64,000 nt of DNA from an uncultured Chloroflexia bacterium (GTDB lineage: Bacteria; Chloroflexota; Limnocylindria; Limnocylindrales; CSP1-4), in the NCBI GenBank assembly GCA_963831745.1, contig CAWHRD010000005.1, forward strand, positions 20,341 to 84,340, read 5' to 3'. Both the position numbers and the translations under genes were made by a program. Below, piece by piece: positions 1 to 11,095 of this stretch (positions within the stretch are counted from its first letter, which is position 1; each line of letters opens with the position of its first letter). The notes beneath the pieces were generated by a model. The model had not been told where the DNA came from. It worked only from the letters and a program-made list of their open reading frames with translations, and searched no databases.

Positions 1-477
1 GACGCGATCTGCGACCTGCTCCTCGCCGAGGACCTCCGGGTCAACCAGGTGACCCCGGGGCCCCATCGCGCGGGCATCGAGCGCTTCATCCGGCACCCCC
101 GGGCGATGATCGCCACCGACGGGGTGATGATCGGGGCGAAGCCGGCGCCGCGGACCTACGGGACCTACCCGCGCATCCTGGGCGAGCTCGTCCGCGACGC
201 GGGCGTCCTCGGCCTCGAGGAGGCGGTCCGCAAGATGACCGGGGCGTCGGCCGCCCGGCTGGGCCTCGCCGACCGGGGGATCGTCGCAGACGGCCTCAAG
301 GCGGACCTCGTCGTGTTCGACCCCGCCCGCGTGCGCGCGCTCGCGACGTACGACGAGCCGCGGCGCTTCCCCGAGGGGATCCCGTACGTGATCGTGAACG
401 GGGTGCCGGTGGTCGACGGCGGCGAGCACACGGGCGCGACCCCCGGACGGACCCTCCGGCGGGGGCGCGTCGCCTGA
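1..477 (+). CDS. N-acyl-D-amino-acid deacylase (D-aminoacylase/amidohydrolase-3) family, C-terminal fragment; 5' end lies outside the window
   Basis: Frame 1 is open from nt 1 to the TGA at 475-477. Peptide blocks RTYGTYPRILGELVRD, KADLVVFDP and YVIVNGV resemble the conserved C-terminal part of D-aminoacylases (recognised from memory, no search run). Confidence 0.65.
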   Translation, partial: DAICDLLLAEDLRVNQVTPGPHRAGIERFIRHPRAMIATDGVMIGAKPAPRTYGTYPRILGELVRDAGVLGLEEAVRKMTGASAARLGLADRGIVADGLKADLVVFDPARVRALATYDEPRRFPEGIPYVIVNGVPVVDGGEHTGATPGRTLRRGRVA

Positions 478-583
478 TCCCACGGCTCGGCGCCGGGACC
501 CACGACGGGCGCCGCCTGCCCTTGACACGCCGCACGGCCCACCCCACCCTAGCCCGACCCACCGAGGCACGAGGAGGGCGGGC

Positions 584-1425
584 GTGTTCGAGCTCGGCGA
601 GAACCGGTATGGCAAGCGGGCGATCCGGCTCGTCAAGGTCGTCCGCGAGCCCGCTGGCCACCGGGTCCGCGACCTCACGGTGGACGTCGCGCTCGAGGGC
701 GACTTCGGGGCCGCCCACACGGCCGGCGACAACACGCTAGTGGTCGCGACCGACACCATGAAGAACACCGTGTACGCCCTCGCAGCGGAGCACCTGGCGG
801 GCGCGGTCGAGGCGTTCGGGATGGTCCTGGCGACGCATTTCCTCGGCTTCCCCCAGGTCGGGCGAGCCACCGTCAGCCTCCGCGAGCACCGCTGGACGCC
901 GATCGCCGGCGCCCGCGGACCCGCGCGCGACGCGTTCGCTCGGGCCGGCGACGCCACCCGGACGGCGAGCGTGTCGGCGACCCCGGGTTCGACCGTCGTC
1001 GAGTCCGGCCTCGAGGACCTGGTGGTCATGAAGACGGCGAAGTCCGGCTTCGCGGGCTTCCCGCGCGACCGCTACACGACCCTTGGGGACGCCCGCGAGC
1101 GGATCATGGCGACCAGGCTCACCGCAATGTGGCGCCATGCCGTGGCCCCCCCGGACTGGGACGCTAGCCACGAGGCGATCTGCCGCACCCTGCTCGAGAC
1201 CTTCGCCGAGCACGCCAGCGAGTCGGTGCAGCATTCGATCTGGCTCATGGGCACCGCCATGCTGGAGCACCACGCCGAGATCGACGAGGTCCGGATGGCG
1301 CTCCCGAACCTCCATCACTGGGCGGTCGACCTCGCGCCGTTCGGCGGCGAGAGCCGGGGCGAGATCTTCGTCGCGACGACGGAGCCCCACGGCCTCATCG
1401 AGGCCACCGTCCGGCGTTCCGACCC

Positions 1426-1429
<4 letters not shown>
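584..1429 (+). CDS. uox: Urate oxidase (uricase)
   Basis: 281 aa. N-terminus [14 protein letters not shown] and [12 protein letters not shown] are classic uricase T-fold motifs. GTG start is preceded by GAGGAGG. The stop overlaps the next gene start (GTGA at 1426-1429). Confidence 0.9.
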
Positions 1430-2997
<1,568 letters not shown>

Positions 2998-3069
2998 GCC
3001 CGCCGCCGGCACCGGCGACGCCGGGCGCCCCGCGCGGCGCCCGCGTGGTGGAGGCGACGACTGGCCCGG

Positions 3070-4467
3070 TCAGGCCAACCGCTCGATCGATCGCTCCACG
3101 AACCTGCCGTACCCGCGCCGCCCGACGAACACGCCGTCGCGCACGACGAACGACCCGCGGACGATCGTCGAGCGGACCTCGCCGCGCACCTCGCGGCCCT
3201 CGAACGGCGTGTAGTCGCTCGAGTGGTGGAGGTCCGCCCCACGGATCGTCCGCCGGGCGGCCGGGTCGAACAGGACGAGGTCGGCATCGAGGCCCACCGC
3301 CACCGCGCCCTTCGTCGCGAAGCCGAAGAGGCGTGCCGGCGTCGTGGAGAGCAGGTCGACCATCCGCTCCAGCGTGATCCGCCCGGTGCGCACCCCCGCG
3401 TCGTAGACGAGCGCCAGGAGCGTCTCGATCCCGGGCGCGCCGTTCGAGATCCGGTCGAAGGACTCCCGCCAGCTTTGCTTCTCCACGCCGGCCCGGTCGG
3501 GCACGTGGTCGGTTGCGACGACCGACAGGTCTCCCTCCGCGAGCCCGGCCCACAGGGCGCCCGGATGATGGGCGGGCCGGAGCGGCGGCGAGATCACGTA
3601 GCGCGCCGCAGCCTCGGGATCGCCTTCGTAGCGGTCGTCGGTGAGGGTGAGGTAGACCGGGCAGGTCTCGGCGAACACCGGGAGCCCCTCGGCGCGGGCG
3701 CTCCGCACCTCGGCCAGCGCGTCCTCCGAGGACAGGTGGACGACGAACATCGGCGCCCGGGCGGCGCGGGCCAGGGCGACGGCCCGCCGCGTCGCCTCGG
3801 CCTCGACGTACGGCGGCCGCGACGACGCGTGGTACCGAGGCCCGGCCTCGCCCGCGGCGAGGTGGTGGGCGGTCAGCGCCTCCAGGATGGCCTTGTTCTC
3901 GCAGTGGACCTGCAGCATCCCGCCGCCGCGCCCGGCCGCCTCGAGCGCCCGGAGGATCGCGGCGTCATCGAGGCCGAAGTCATAGACCATGAAGGCCTTG
4001 AAGGTCGGCACGCCAAGCTCGATCGCGGCCGGGATCTCCTCCGCCAGGTCCTCGTGGGAGGCGGTGACCACGAGGCTGGGAGCCACGTCCACCGCGGCGT
4101 CGCTCGCGGTCGCGGCACGCCACTCGCGGAGGCCGGCCAGGAGCGAGCGGGTCGCCGCGATGGACGAGCCGGTCCCGGGGTTGTTGAACGCGAGGAACGT
4201 CGTCGTCCCGCCGAACGCCGCCGCGACCGAGTCGTCGAAGAAGCGGTCCGGGCGCTCGTCGGTCGCGACGCGCGTGTGGGTGTGGACGTCGACGACCCCT
4301 GGGAGGACGACCAGGCCCGTGGCGTCGACGACCTCGCCCGCCGACCCCGCGAGCGCGGAGAGGTCCGGCTCCACGGCCGCGATCCGGCCGCCGGCGACGG
4401 CGACGTCCGCCCGCGCCGACCCGCCGGCCGTCACGACGGTGCCGCCGCGGACCAGGAGGTCCGTCAC
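3070..4467 (-). CDS. Cyclic amidohydrolase of the dihydropyrimidinase/hydantoinase/allantoinase type
   Basis: The track ORF 3070..4767 was trimmed to a GTG (VTDLLVRGGTVV...) that overlaps the upstream stop (GTGA at 4464-4467). Metal-binding DVHTH, carboxylated-Lys context PTFKAFMVY, and HCEN are typical of DHPase/hydantoinase. Confidence 0.8.
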   Translation of the reverse strand: MTDLLVRGGTVVTAGGSARADVAVAGGRIAAVEPDLSALAGSAGEVVDATGLVVLPGVVDVHTHTRVATDERPDRFFDDSVAAAFGGTTTFLAFNNPGTGSSIAATRSLLAGLREWRAATASDAAVDVAPSLVVTASHEDLAEEIPAAIELGVPTFKAFMVYDFGLDDAAILRALEAAGRGGGMLQVHCENKAILEALTAHHLAAGEAGPRYHASSRPPYVEAEATRRAVALARAARAPMFVVHLSSEDALAEVRSARAEGLPVFAETCPVYLTLTDDRYEGDPEAAARYVISPPLRPAHHPGALWAGLAEGDLSVVATDHVPDRAGVEKQSWRESFDRISNGAPGIETLLALVYDAGVRTGRITLERMVDLLSTTPARLFGFATKGAVAVGLDADLVLFDPAARRTIRGADLHHSSDYTPFEGREVRGEVRSTIVRGSFVVRDGVFVGRRGYGRFVERSIERLA

Positions 4468-4892
4468 GCCACGTCGCCCTCGGTGATCTCGACCGCCTGG
4501 GCGCCCTCCCACAGGCAGCGGCGGCCGACCTCCCGGAGGCGATCCGCCCAGCCCGCGTCCGGCTCGATCGTCGCGAAGTGGTTGGCGGCCAGCTGGCCCA
4601 CCTTGGACGCCGTGGTGCAGGCCCCGTACGGCAGGAAGATCTCGCACTCGCTGATGCCGCCCGGGTACAGGGCGAGCTGGCCGGGCGCAGGGTGCGACGT
4701 GTGGTTCTCCCAGCCCACGTTCGGACGTAGGTCGCCGTACGGGATCCAGGTGGACTCGCCGCTCCACCGGCAGTGGATGAGCCGCGCCCGCAGGGGCAGC
4801 AGCGCGCGGACGGCGGTGATCGTCCGGGGTGCCTCGGGCTCCCAGCGGGCGCTAAAGTGGAAGTCACCAATTCGGATCGACAGATCGCTCAT
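4464..4892 (-). CDS. DUF3830-like (cyclophilin-like fold) protein of unknown function
   Basis: Track ORF 4464..5003 trimmed to ATG (MSDLSIRIGDFHFSARWE...). 142 aa. High GC3. Stop overlaps the start of the amidohydrolase. The family name is from memory of similar sequences. Confidence 0.65.
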   Translation of the reverse strand: MSDLSIRIGDFHFSARWEPEAPRTITAVRALLPLRARLIHCRWSGESTWIPYGDLRPNVGWENHTSHPAPGQLALYPGGISECEIFLPYGACTTASKVGQLAANHFATIEPDAGWADRLREVGRRCLWEGAQAVEITEGDVA

Positions 4893-4908
4893 CGGCGGAG
4901 GATAGCGC

Positions 4909-5259
4909 GTGACCGAGGGCCGGCCCACCGTCTCCACCCACGTCCTGGACACGGCCGCGGGCAGCCCGCGGGCCGGCGTCCACGTCCGCCTTCGGCGGCC
5001 CACGGACGGCGGCGCTGGGCCGATCGAAGGCGCCGCCCCGATCGTCGGCGAGGGCGTGACCGACGGGGACGGCCGGATCCGCGACCTCCTCGCAGGTCGG
5101 GCGCTGGAGGTGGGGACCTACCGGCTCGAGTTCGCCCTCGACGCGGGCGGCTTCTTCACCGGCCTGGCCGTCGATCTCCGCGTGGACGACGCCACGCGCG
5201 GCTACCACGTGCCCCTGCTGCTCGCGCCGTTCGGCCTCACCACCTACCGCGGCTCCTGA
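4909..5259 (+). CDS. uraH: 5-hydroxyisourate hydrolase (transthyretin-like)
   Basis: 116 aa. STHVLDTA N-terminus and the diagnostic C-terminal YRGS tetrapeptide. GGAGGA sits 8 nt upstream of the GTG. Confidence 0.9.
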   Translation: MTEGRPTVSTHVLDTAAGSPRAGVHVRLRRPTDGGAGPIEGAAPIVGEGVTDGDGRIRDLLAGRALEVGTYRLEFALDAGGFFTGLAVDLRVDDATRGYHVPLLLAPFGLTTYRGS

Positions 5260-5262
5260 GGG

Positions 5263-5799
5263 GTGGCGCTCCGCCCGCCGGCCATCCGGGAGCTCGACGC
5301 GCTCGACGACGTCGCCTGCCGGGCGGCGCTCGCGCCGCTGTTCGAGGGCGCGCCGCGGTTCCTGGCCCGGCTCTGCGCCGACCGGCCGTTCGGCGATGCC
5401 GCGCACCTGTTCGCGAGAGCGCGCGCGATCGCGGCGTCGATGCCGGAGCCCGAGCAGCTCGAGCTGATCGACGCGCATCCCCGGCTGGGCGCTCCCCGCG
5501 ACGCTGTGTCCGCGCTGTCGTTCGTCGAGCAGGGCTACGACCGCGAGGATGCCGAGGCGGCGGCCGACCTCGAGCGAGCGCGCCTCGCCGCCGAGCTCGA
5601 GCGGCTGAACGCGGCCTACGAGGCGCGCTTCGGGTTCCGGTACTGCGTCTTCGTCGCCGGGCGGTCGAGGCCGGAGATGTTGCCCGAGCTGGAGGCCGCC
5701 CTGGACGCGGAACGCGCGGCCGAGATCGCGCGGGCGCTCGACGCCGTCGTCGACATCGCCGCGGACCGGTATCGGAAGGTCGCGGCAGCCGGCGGCTGA
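5263..5799 (+). CDS. uraD: OHCU decarboxylase (2-oxo-4-hydroxy-4-carboxy-5-ureidoimidazoline decarboxylase)
   Basis: 178 aa. LFEGAPRF and AHPRLG motifs. Starts 4 nt after the uraH stop. Confidence 0.85.
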   Translation: MALRPPAIRELDALDDVACRAALAPLFEGAPRFLARLCADRPFGDAAHLFARARAIAASMPEPEQLELIDAHPRLGAPRDAVSALSFVEQGYDREDAEAAADLERARLAAELERLNAAYEARFGFRYCVFVAGRSRPEMLPELEAALDAERAAEIARALDAVVDIAADRYRKVAAAGG

Positions 5800-5838
5800 G
5801 GTGCGCGGACGAGGCTGGTCGGGGTGCCGAGCCTCGCA

Positions 5839-5865
5839 GGGACGGGGCGGGGGTCACCCCGTCCC
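5839..5865 (+). terminator. GC-rich hairpin downstream of uraD (putative intrinsic terminator, no U-tract)
   Basis: GGGACGGGG (5839-5847), a 9-nt loop, then CCCCGTCCC (5857-5865). Lies 40 nt after the stop codon. Confidence 0.4.
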
Positions 5866-6014
5866 CGAGGCGTTGACTTCGGTGCATGCCCCTCGGCGTC
5901 GTGCGTGCCCGCTCAACCCACCGAGCGGAGGACCAACGACGTCGTACGAGCATCTTCGTCCGCCCGTCATGACATTCCGTCATTCCGGTCGCAGCCGACG
6001 GCGCTCGGACCCGT

Positions 6015-6797
6015 CTAGGTGTGCGGGTGTCCCGCCTGGCCGGGAATGTCCCAGCCCTCGTTGGAGAAGGTGGGGACGAAGCGGTAGCCCTTGCCGGGCA
6101 CCGTGGCGATGAAGCGCGGACGGCGGTAGTCGTTCTGGAGCTTGCTGCGCAGGCTCCGGACATGGCGATCGACGATGTTGCTCTCGGCCACGAAGTCCGT
6201 GCCCCAGATGGCATCGATGATCTCGTCGCGCGTCACCACCCGGCCGGCCCGACTGGCAAGGAGGTAGAGCAGGCTCTGCTCGAGGCCGGTCAAGTGCACG
6301 ACGGAGCGGCCTGCCCGCACTTCCCGGTTGACGATATCGATCTCGATCTGGCCGATGGCGATGGTGGGCACGATGGGCAGATCCGTCCCCGTGGCTCGCC
6401 GGGTGATGACGACCGAGCGCGCCAGCAGCTCCTCGGGCGAGAACGGGACGGCGAGGACGTCGTCGACCCCGAGCTCGAACGCCCGCAGCTTCGTCCGCAG
6501 GTCGCCGCGACGGGTGAGACCGAGCACCGGGGTCCCGCTCGGGCGCCGCAGGTTGTTCGAGGCGCCCACCCGCTGCATGAACTCGGAGCTATCGTCATGG
6601 CTCATGTCCACGACGGCCATGTGGGGTCGCCAGCCGAGCAGGATCGGCTCTGCCTCCGCAAGGTCGAGCGCGACCCGCACGACGAACAGGCCATGGTTCA
6701 AGGTCAGCTCGATGAGGCCTGCGAGCACCGGGTCGTCGTGGAGCACCAGCGCCCGCCGCGCTACCGGTTCTTCGCCGTTCAGGTGCCCGCCTAACAT
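6015..6797 (-). CDS. OmpR/PhoB-family response regulator (atypical receiver, no adjacent kinase)
   Basis: Track ORF 6015..7598 trimmed to ATG (MLGGHLNG...). Receiver features are HDD, VVDM and LGLT. The winged-helix output carries LTGLEQSLLYLL and GKGYRF. Confidence 0.85.
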   Translation of the reverse strand: MLGGHLNGEEPVARRALVLHDDPVLAGLIELTLNHGLFVVRVALDLAEAEPILLGWRPHMAVVDMSHDDSSEFMQRVGASNNLRRPSGTPVLGLTRRGDLRTKLRAFELGVDDVLAVPFSPEELLARSVVITRRATGTDLPIVPTIAIGQIEIDIVNREVRAGRSVVHLTGLEQSLLYLLASRAGRVVTRDEIIDAIWGTDFVAESNIVDRHVRSLRSKLQNDYRRPRFIATVPGKGYRFVPTFSNEGWDIPGQAGHPHT

Positions 6798-6909
6798 CGC
6801 ATCCCCCCGTCCGCACGCTACACGCCGGACGCGCATCCCGCAAGCACGCCGCCGGCCGGCCCGCGGACGGACAGACTCGGGCTCCCGGAGGTGCTGCCGG
6901 GACGGGCGA

Positions 6910-8061
6910 TCATCCCTCGTCGGGCTCCGCCAGCCGGGCCGGCAGGCCGCGGAACGAGCCGTAGCAGCGCACCGCCGCAGCCAGCCCGTCGCGCGCCCCG
7001 GCGGGCAGGCGGCCGAACGGCTCCGCCGCGACCAGGATCTCGCCACGCCGGACGCTCTTGGCCCACGTGCCGACGACCTCGCCGTCGACGACGATCGTCG
7101 GCCGGAACATGCCGTTCCCGCCGGGCACGACGGCGTCGTGGTGCTCCGGCGCGAGGATCGCCGCTCGGTCCGCATATCCCAGCACGTACTCATCGAAGCC
7201 CGGGAGGAGATGGACCCGGGCGGCGGACGGCGTGGCGGACGAGGTGGCGGCCGATGCGGCGGCGGACGGCCCCGCGTCCAGCGCCTCGGGCGCGAGGTGA
7301 TGGGCGACCCCGTCCAGCTCGAGGCTCGCGATCCCGGCCGCGCCGGCCGCGATCCCCCGTCGAACGTCGGCCAGGGGCAGCCCCGACCAGCGGGCGAGGT
7401 CGGCGGCGGTCGCCGGGCCGTGGCTGCGGAAGAAGCGGAGCGCAAGCTCGGCCAGCGCCTCGTCGCGCTCGCGCCGTCGCGCGTTCGGCACCCATTCCTC
7501 GAGGAGGGAGAAGGACTGCTGGCGGCCGTCGGTCGGGCCGAGGACGAGCACGCCCGCCAGGGCCAGGTGCCAGAGCAGGTGGTAGCCCCGCTGGCCACCG
7601 ACGGGGATCCCGGCCGCCTCGATCACCGCCAGGAGGTCGTCGCGCGCCAGGACACGTCGGCCGGCGAGCGCCGCCTCGACCACCCCCCTGGCACGCTCGA
7701 GGTCGTCGGCCGCGAGCCCCAAGGCGGCTCGCCGGCCCGCGGCCGCGGCGATCGCCCGGGGCGCCGTGAGGTCGAGCAGCCACCGGAGGTCCTCGGCGGC
7801 GACGAGGTGCAGCGTCCCGCGCAGGGGCCACGACCGAACGATGTCGCCGGCGTCGAACGCGGCGTCGACCCGGGCCTCGGTCGCCCCAGCGTGCCGAAGG
7901 CCGACCGACCACTTGACGCCCGGCAGGTCCTGGCCCTGCAGGGCGAGCATCCAGCAAGCGGCTTCGAGCGGGCTCGAGAGGGCGCCCTCGTCGAGGCGCT
8001 GGGCGGCCAATCGGAGGGCGGCAAGGCGCCGGCGGTCGCGCGTGCGAGAGATCGAGGACAT
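6910..8061 (-). CDS. Winged-helix DNA-binding domain protein of the YcaQ/AlkZ (DUF1006) DNA-glycosylase family
   Basis: Track ORF trimmed to ATG (MSSISRTRDRRRLAALRL...). Blocks RSWPLRGTLHLV, FFRSHGPAT and LLPGFDEYVLGY match this family from memory. Confidence 0.7.
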   Translation of the reverse strand: MSSISRTRDRRRLAALRLAAQRLDEGALSSPLEAACWMLALQGQDLPGVKWSVGLRHAGATEARVDAAFDAGDIVRSWPLRGTLHLVAAEDLRWLLDLTAPRAIAAAAGRRAALGLAADDLERARGVVEAALAGRRVLARDDLLAVIEAAGIPVGGQRGYHLLWHLALAGVLVLGPTDGRQQSFSLLEEWVPNARRRERDEALAELALRFFRSHGPATAADLARWSGLPLADVRRGIAAGAAGIASLELDGVAHHLAPEALDAGPSAAASAATSSATPSAARVHLLPGFDEYVLGYADRAAILAPEHHDAVVPGGNGMFRPTIVVDGEVVGTWAKSVRRGEILVAAEPFGRLPAGARDGLAAAVRCYGSFRGLPARLAEPDEG

Positions 8062-8308
8062 CGGCCCAGTATCGCCGGGTGGGCGATCGAAAGGGTCGCG
8101 GACGATCGACCGGGTCGCGGACGCTCTCTCGTGATCCCGTCTGACCCGGGACGTCGCCGCGGCGCCGTCGGTCAGGCCCGACACCGGCCCGGCGTTCAGG
8201 CCCTGGACCGGTCCGAACCCGGCTGCGGTACCCTTGCCGCCCTTCGACGAGGCAGTCCGGCCGCCGAACCCCCATCGTCGAAGCTCCAGCGCGAGGCGGG
8301 CTCCTCCG

Positions 8309-8950
8309 ATGTCCTTCCCGATCAGCCGCGGCACCCGCCGACAGGGAGCGCTCCTGCTGGCCGACATCTCCGGCTACAGCGGCTTCCTGCAGGGAGTCGC
8401 GGACGCGCACCGCGACCTGATCGTGGAGGCCGACGAGCCGCCGGCGGCCTATTCGCTCGTCTCGAGCCTCCTCGACGCCATGGTCGCGAAGGTCGCGCCG
8501 CCGTTCCGGCTTGTCAAGTTCGAGGGCGACGCGCTGTTCGCGGTCGCCGACGATCCCGGGATGGACGCCCGCGGGCCGGCCGTCGTGGACTGCCTGCGAG
8601 CCTGCCACGACGCGTTCCGGAGCCTCCTCGCGGAGGCGGACACCCAGTGGACCTGCACCTGCGACGCCTGCGTGCGCGTCCACGACCTGGGCCTGAAGCT
8701 GATTCTCCACCACGGCAGCTTCGTCGCCCAGCCGATCGGCGGCCGCGAGGAGCTGGCCGGTCCCGACGTGATCGTCGCGCATCGGCTGCTGAAGAACCAC
8801 GCCCGCGAGCTCATCGGCGCGCGGCCGTACGCGATCGTGACCGACGCGGCGCTCACGGCGCTCGAGGTGCCGACGGACGGGATGTTCGCGAGCGAGGAAA
8901 CCTACGACGGCCTGCCGCCCGTCGCCGTCCACGTTCTCGCCCTGGCCTGA
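8309..8950 (+). CDS. DUF2652-like protein (nucleotidyl-cyclase-like fold)
   Basis: Trimmed to the ATG at 8309. LLLADISGYSGFL and KFEGDALFAV resemble the DUF2652 / class III cyclase-like core. Confidence 0.6.
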   Translation: MSFPISRGTRRQGALLLADISGYSGFLQGVADAHRDLIVEADEPPAAYSLVSSLLDAMVAKVAPPFRLVKFEGDALFAVADDPGMDARGPAVVDCLRACHDAFRSLLAEADTQWTCTCDACVRVHDLGLKLILHHGSFVAQPIGGREELAGPDVIVAHRLLKNHARELIGARPYAIVTDAALTALEVPTDGMFASEETYDGLPPVAVHVLALA

Positions 8951-9055
8951 CGCCGGACACGCCGCGCCCGCCACACGCCGCGCCCGACCGCGCAGCGACT
9001 ACGGGCCGGGCGCAGGTGCCCGGCCGCGTCGCGCGACCCCCGGCTATCCCGAGCG

Positions 9056-10936
9056 CTACCGCCTCGAGCCGACGAGCGTGAGGCCGTTCACCCGCGCGTA
9101 GTGCGAGACCCACGTGTTCTGGAGGATCCGCGCGCCCTTCTCCCAGACCGTGCGCACGACCGTGATGTCGAACCCGTCGTCCGGGTACTCCACGACCTTC
9201 ACGCTGCCCGGCCGCAGCGAGGGCGTCCGCACGACGCTGCTGGTCGCCCGGTTGTAGTTGCGCTTGGGCGAGGTCGCGAAGCTCACGGTTCGCCCGTTGG
9301 CGACGCGGTAGGTGACGTTCGCCGGCCCGGGCACGCGGGAGCCGCCCCCGACCGCCGGCCGGTTCTCGACCGCCACCGTCCACAGCGAGAACGACACCAC
9401 CCCGGGCTTCGCCGTCGACCGGATCATCACCGGGTACTCCGAGTCGTTCCTCCACGACATGGTTGTCACGGAGCCGCCCTCGATCGCCACCGTCGCGTCG
9501 AGGCCGGTCGGGTAGCGGGTGATGTAGTAGTAGTGGTTGTGCCGCGACCGCATCTCGTAGCCTGCCCGGGCCACGGCGTTGAACAGCGTGGTCGAGGTCG
9601 AGCAGATCCCGCCGGCGAAGGCCCCGGTCGGCTGGGACTTGCCGTTGATGATCGCGCCGCCGTAGCGGTACCCGCGGGCCGCGGTCACCGGCCCGATCGA
9701 GCTCCAGAAGTCGAAGACCGCCCCCGGGGCGACCACCACGCCGTCGAGGTCGCGCGCCGGGATCGAGATGTTGTTGCTGAAGCCGTTGCGCTCGCTGACC
9801 TCGTAGTAGGTGGTCCACGACGAGATCTTCCGCATGCGCGGGGCGAGCTTCTTGGCCTCGGCGGTCGACAGCTTCGGCTCGACGACCTTGATCGCGAGGG
9901 CGACCGGCACCGCGGTCGTCGCGGCGGCACGGTCGACGATCGCCTGCGCGATCACCGGGGCCGCCGCCTTCACGTCGACGGCGCGCCCGCTCCTGGCCGC
10001 GACGACGCCCAGCGCGCCGCCGGATCGCACGACGAAGGTCGCCTCCCTGGCCGGGGTGTCGATGCTCTTGGCGAGGGTGGTCAGGGCCTTCTGGGGTGCC
10101 GTCGGGACGACGCTCGCGTCGTATCCGTCGGTGGTGGTCGCGAAGCTGATCCAGCCGCGCACGGTCGGGGCCCCGATGGTCCAGCTCTCGGTGCCGGACG
10201 TCAGCACGAGCGGGGCTGCCATGCGCTCCGCGGCCGCGATCGCGCCGGCGACCTCGGCGTCGTCGATGAACGGCTCGACCGGGGTCGTCGCGTGCGCCAG
10301 CTCGAGCGTGCCCGGGGCGGCCGGGTCGGTGAGCCGGGCGATGAGCTCCTGCGCGATCTCGGACCGGGGTACCACCATCCCGGGCACTGCCGGGCGGGCG
10401 GTGAAGCCGGTCGGCGTGGCGGTGGCGGCGCCGCTCACCGGCGCCCGGTTGACGGCCAGGGCGACCGTGGTCAGCTCGCCCGCGACGGCCCCGGGATCGA
10501 CCGCGACGAGCGGCGCGATGGCGACGCCATCGACCAGGGTGCGCAGCCCGTTGGCGGCCCGCTCCAGCACGCCGTCCTCGCCGCGCCCGACCGCCCATGC
10601 GAGCTCCACCAGCGCCTCGACGTCGGCGCGCCGCCCGAGGGCCGAGTAGGGGATGCGGAACTCGCGTCCGTCGATCGCGAGGACCGCGGTGCCCTCCGCG
10701 TACCGGCCGAGCCGGTCCCGCAGCAGGGCCGTCGCGTCGGCCCGCGTGAGCCCGGAGACATCCACGCCGTCGACCGTCACGCCCGGGTAGATCCGGTCGG
10801 CGTACTCGCCGTCGTAGGCGAGCAGCGCGCCGGCGCCGAACGCGAGCGCGAGCGCCAGCCCGGCGAGGAAGCCGAGCAGGAGCTTCCCGAACGGGAAGCG
10901 CTGGCGTGCGGACAGGGTGCCTGGTGGGTTCGTCAT
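9056..10936 (-). CDS. VanW/YoaR-family protein with N-terminal membrane anchor
   Basis: 626 aa. N-terminal TM segment, then repeated PG-binding-like segments. VanW core: NISIPARDLDGVVVAPGAVFDFW...GGICSTSTTLFNA...HYYYITRYP. Confidence 0.85.
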   Translation of the reverse strand: MTNPPGTLSARQRFPFGKLLLGFLAGLALALAFGAGALLAYDGEYADRIYPGVTVDGVDVSGLTRADATALLRDRLGRYAEGTAVLAIDGREFRIPYSALGRRADVEALVELAWAVGRGEDGVLERAANGLRTLVDGVAIAPLVAVDPGAVAGELTTVALAVNRAPVSGAATATPTGFTARPAVPGMVVPRSEIAQELIARLTDPAAPGTLELAHATTPVEPFIDDAEVAGAIAAAERMAAPLVLTSGTESWTIGAPTVRGWISFATTTDGYDASVVPTAPQKALTTLAKSIDTPAREATFVVRSGGALGVVAARSGRAVDVKAAAPVIAQAIVDRAAATTAVPVALAIKVVEPKLSTAEAKKLAPRMRKISSWTTYYEVSERNGFSNNISIPARDLDGVVVAPGAVFDFWSSIGPVTAARGYRYGGAIINGKSQPTGAFAGGICSTSTTLFNAVARAGYEMRSRHNHYYYITRYPTGLDATVAIEGGSVTTMSWRNDSEYPVMIRSTAKPGVVSFSLWTVAVENRPAVGGGSRVPGPANVTYRVANGRTVSFATSPKRNYNRATSSVVRTPSLRPGSVKVVEYPDDGFDITVVRTVWEKGARILQNTWVSHYARVNGLTLVGSRR

Positions 10937-11095
10937 GGGGTGGCTCGTCAGCGGCGATGCCCGGCGCTGGGTGCGCGGGGTGGGGAGTCGTTCCTGAGAC
11001 GGTTCGACCGTTCGTCCTGTTTCAATGATGGACCGCCTGCTCGCCGCGTGTCACTCCCCCGTCGGTTACATGACGCCGGATGTGGTGCTACCCCG

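Noticed and set aside
10995-11020. A GGTTCGA (T-loop-like) motif in the lower-GC spacer, which could have indicated a tRNA.
   Set aside because: No complementary T-stem, acceptor stem or anticodon arm can be drawn around it. I found no other tRNA-like cloverleaf in the window by eye. A tRNAscan-SE run would be the definitive check.
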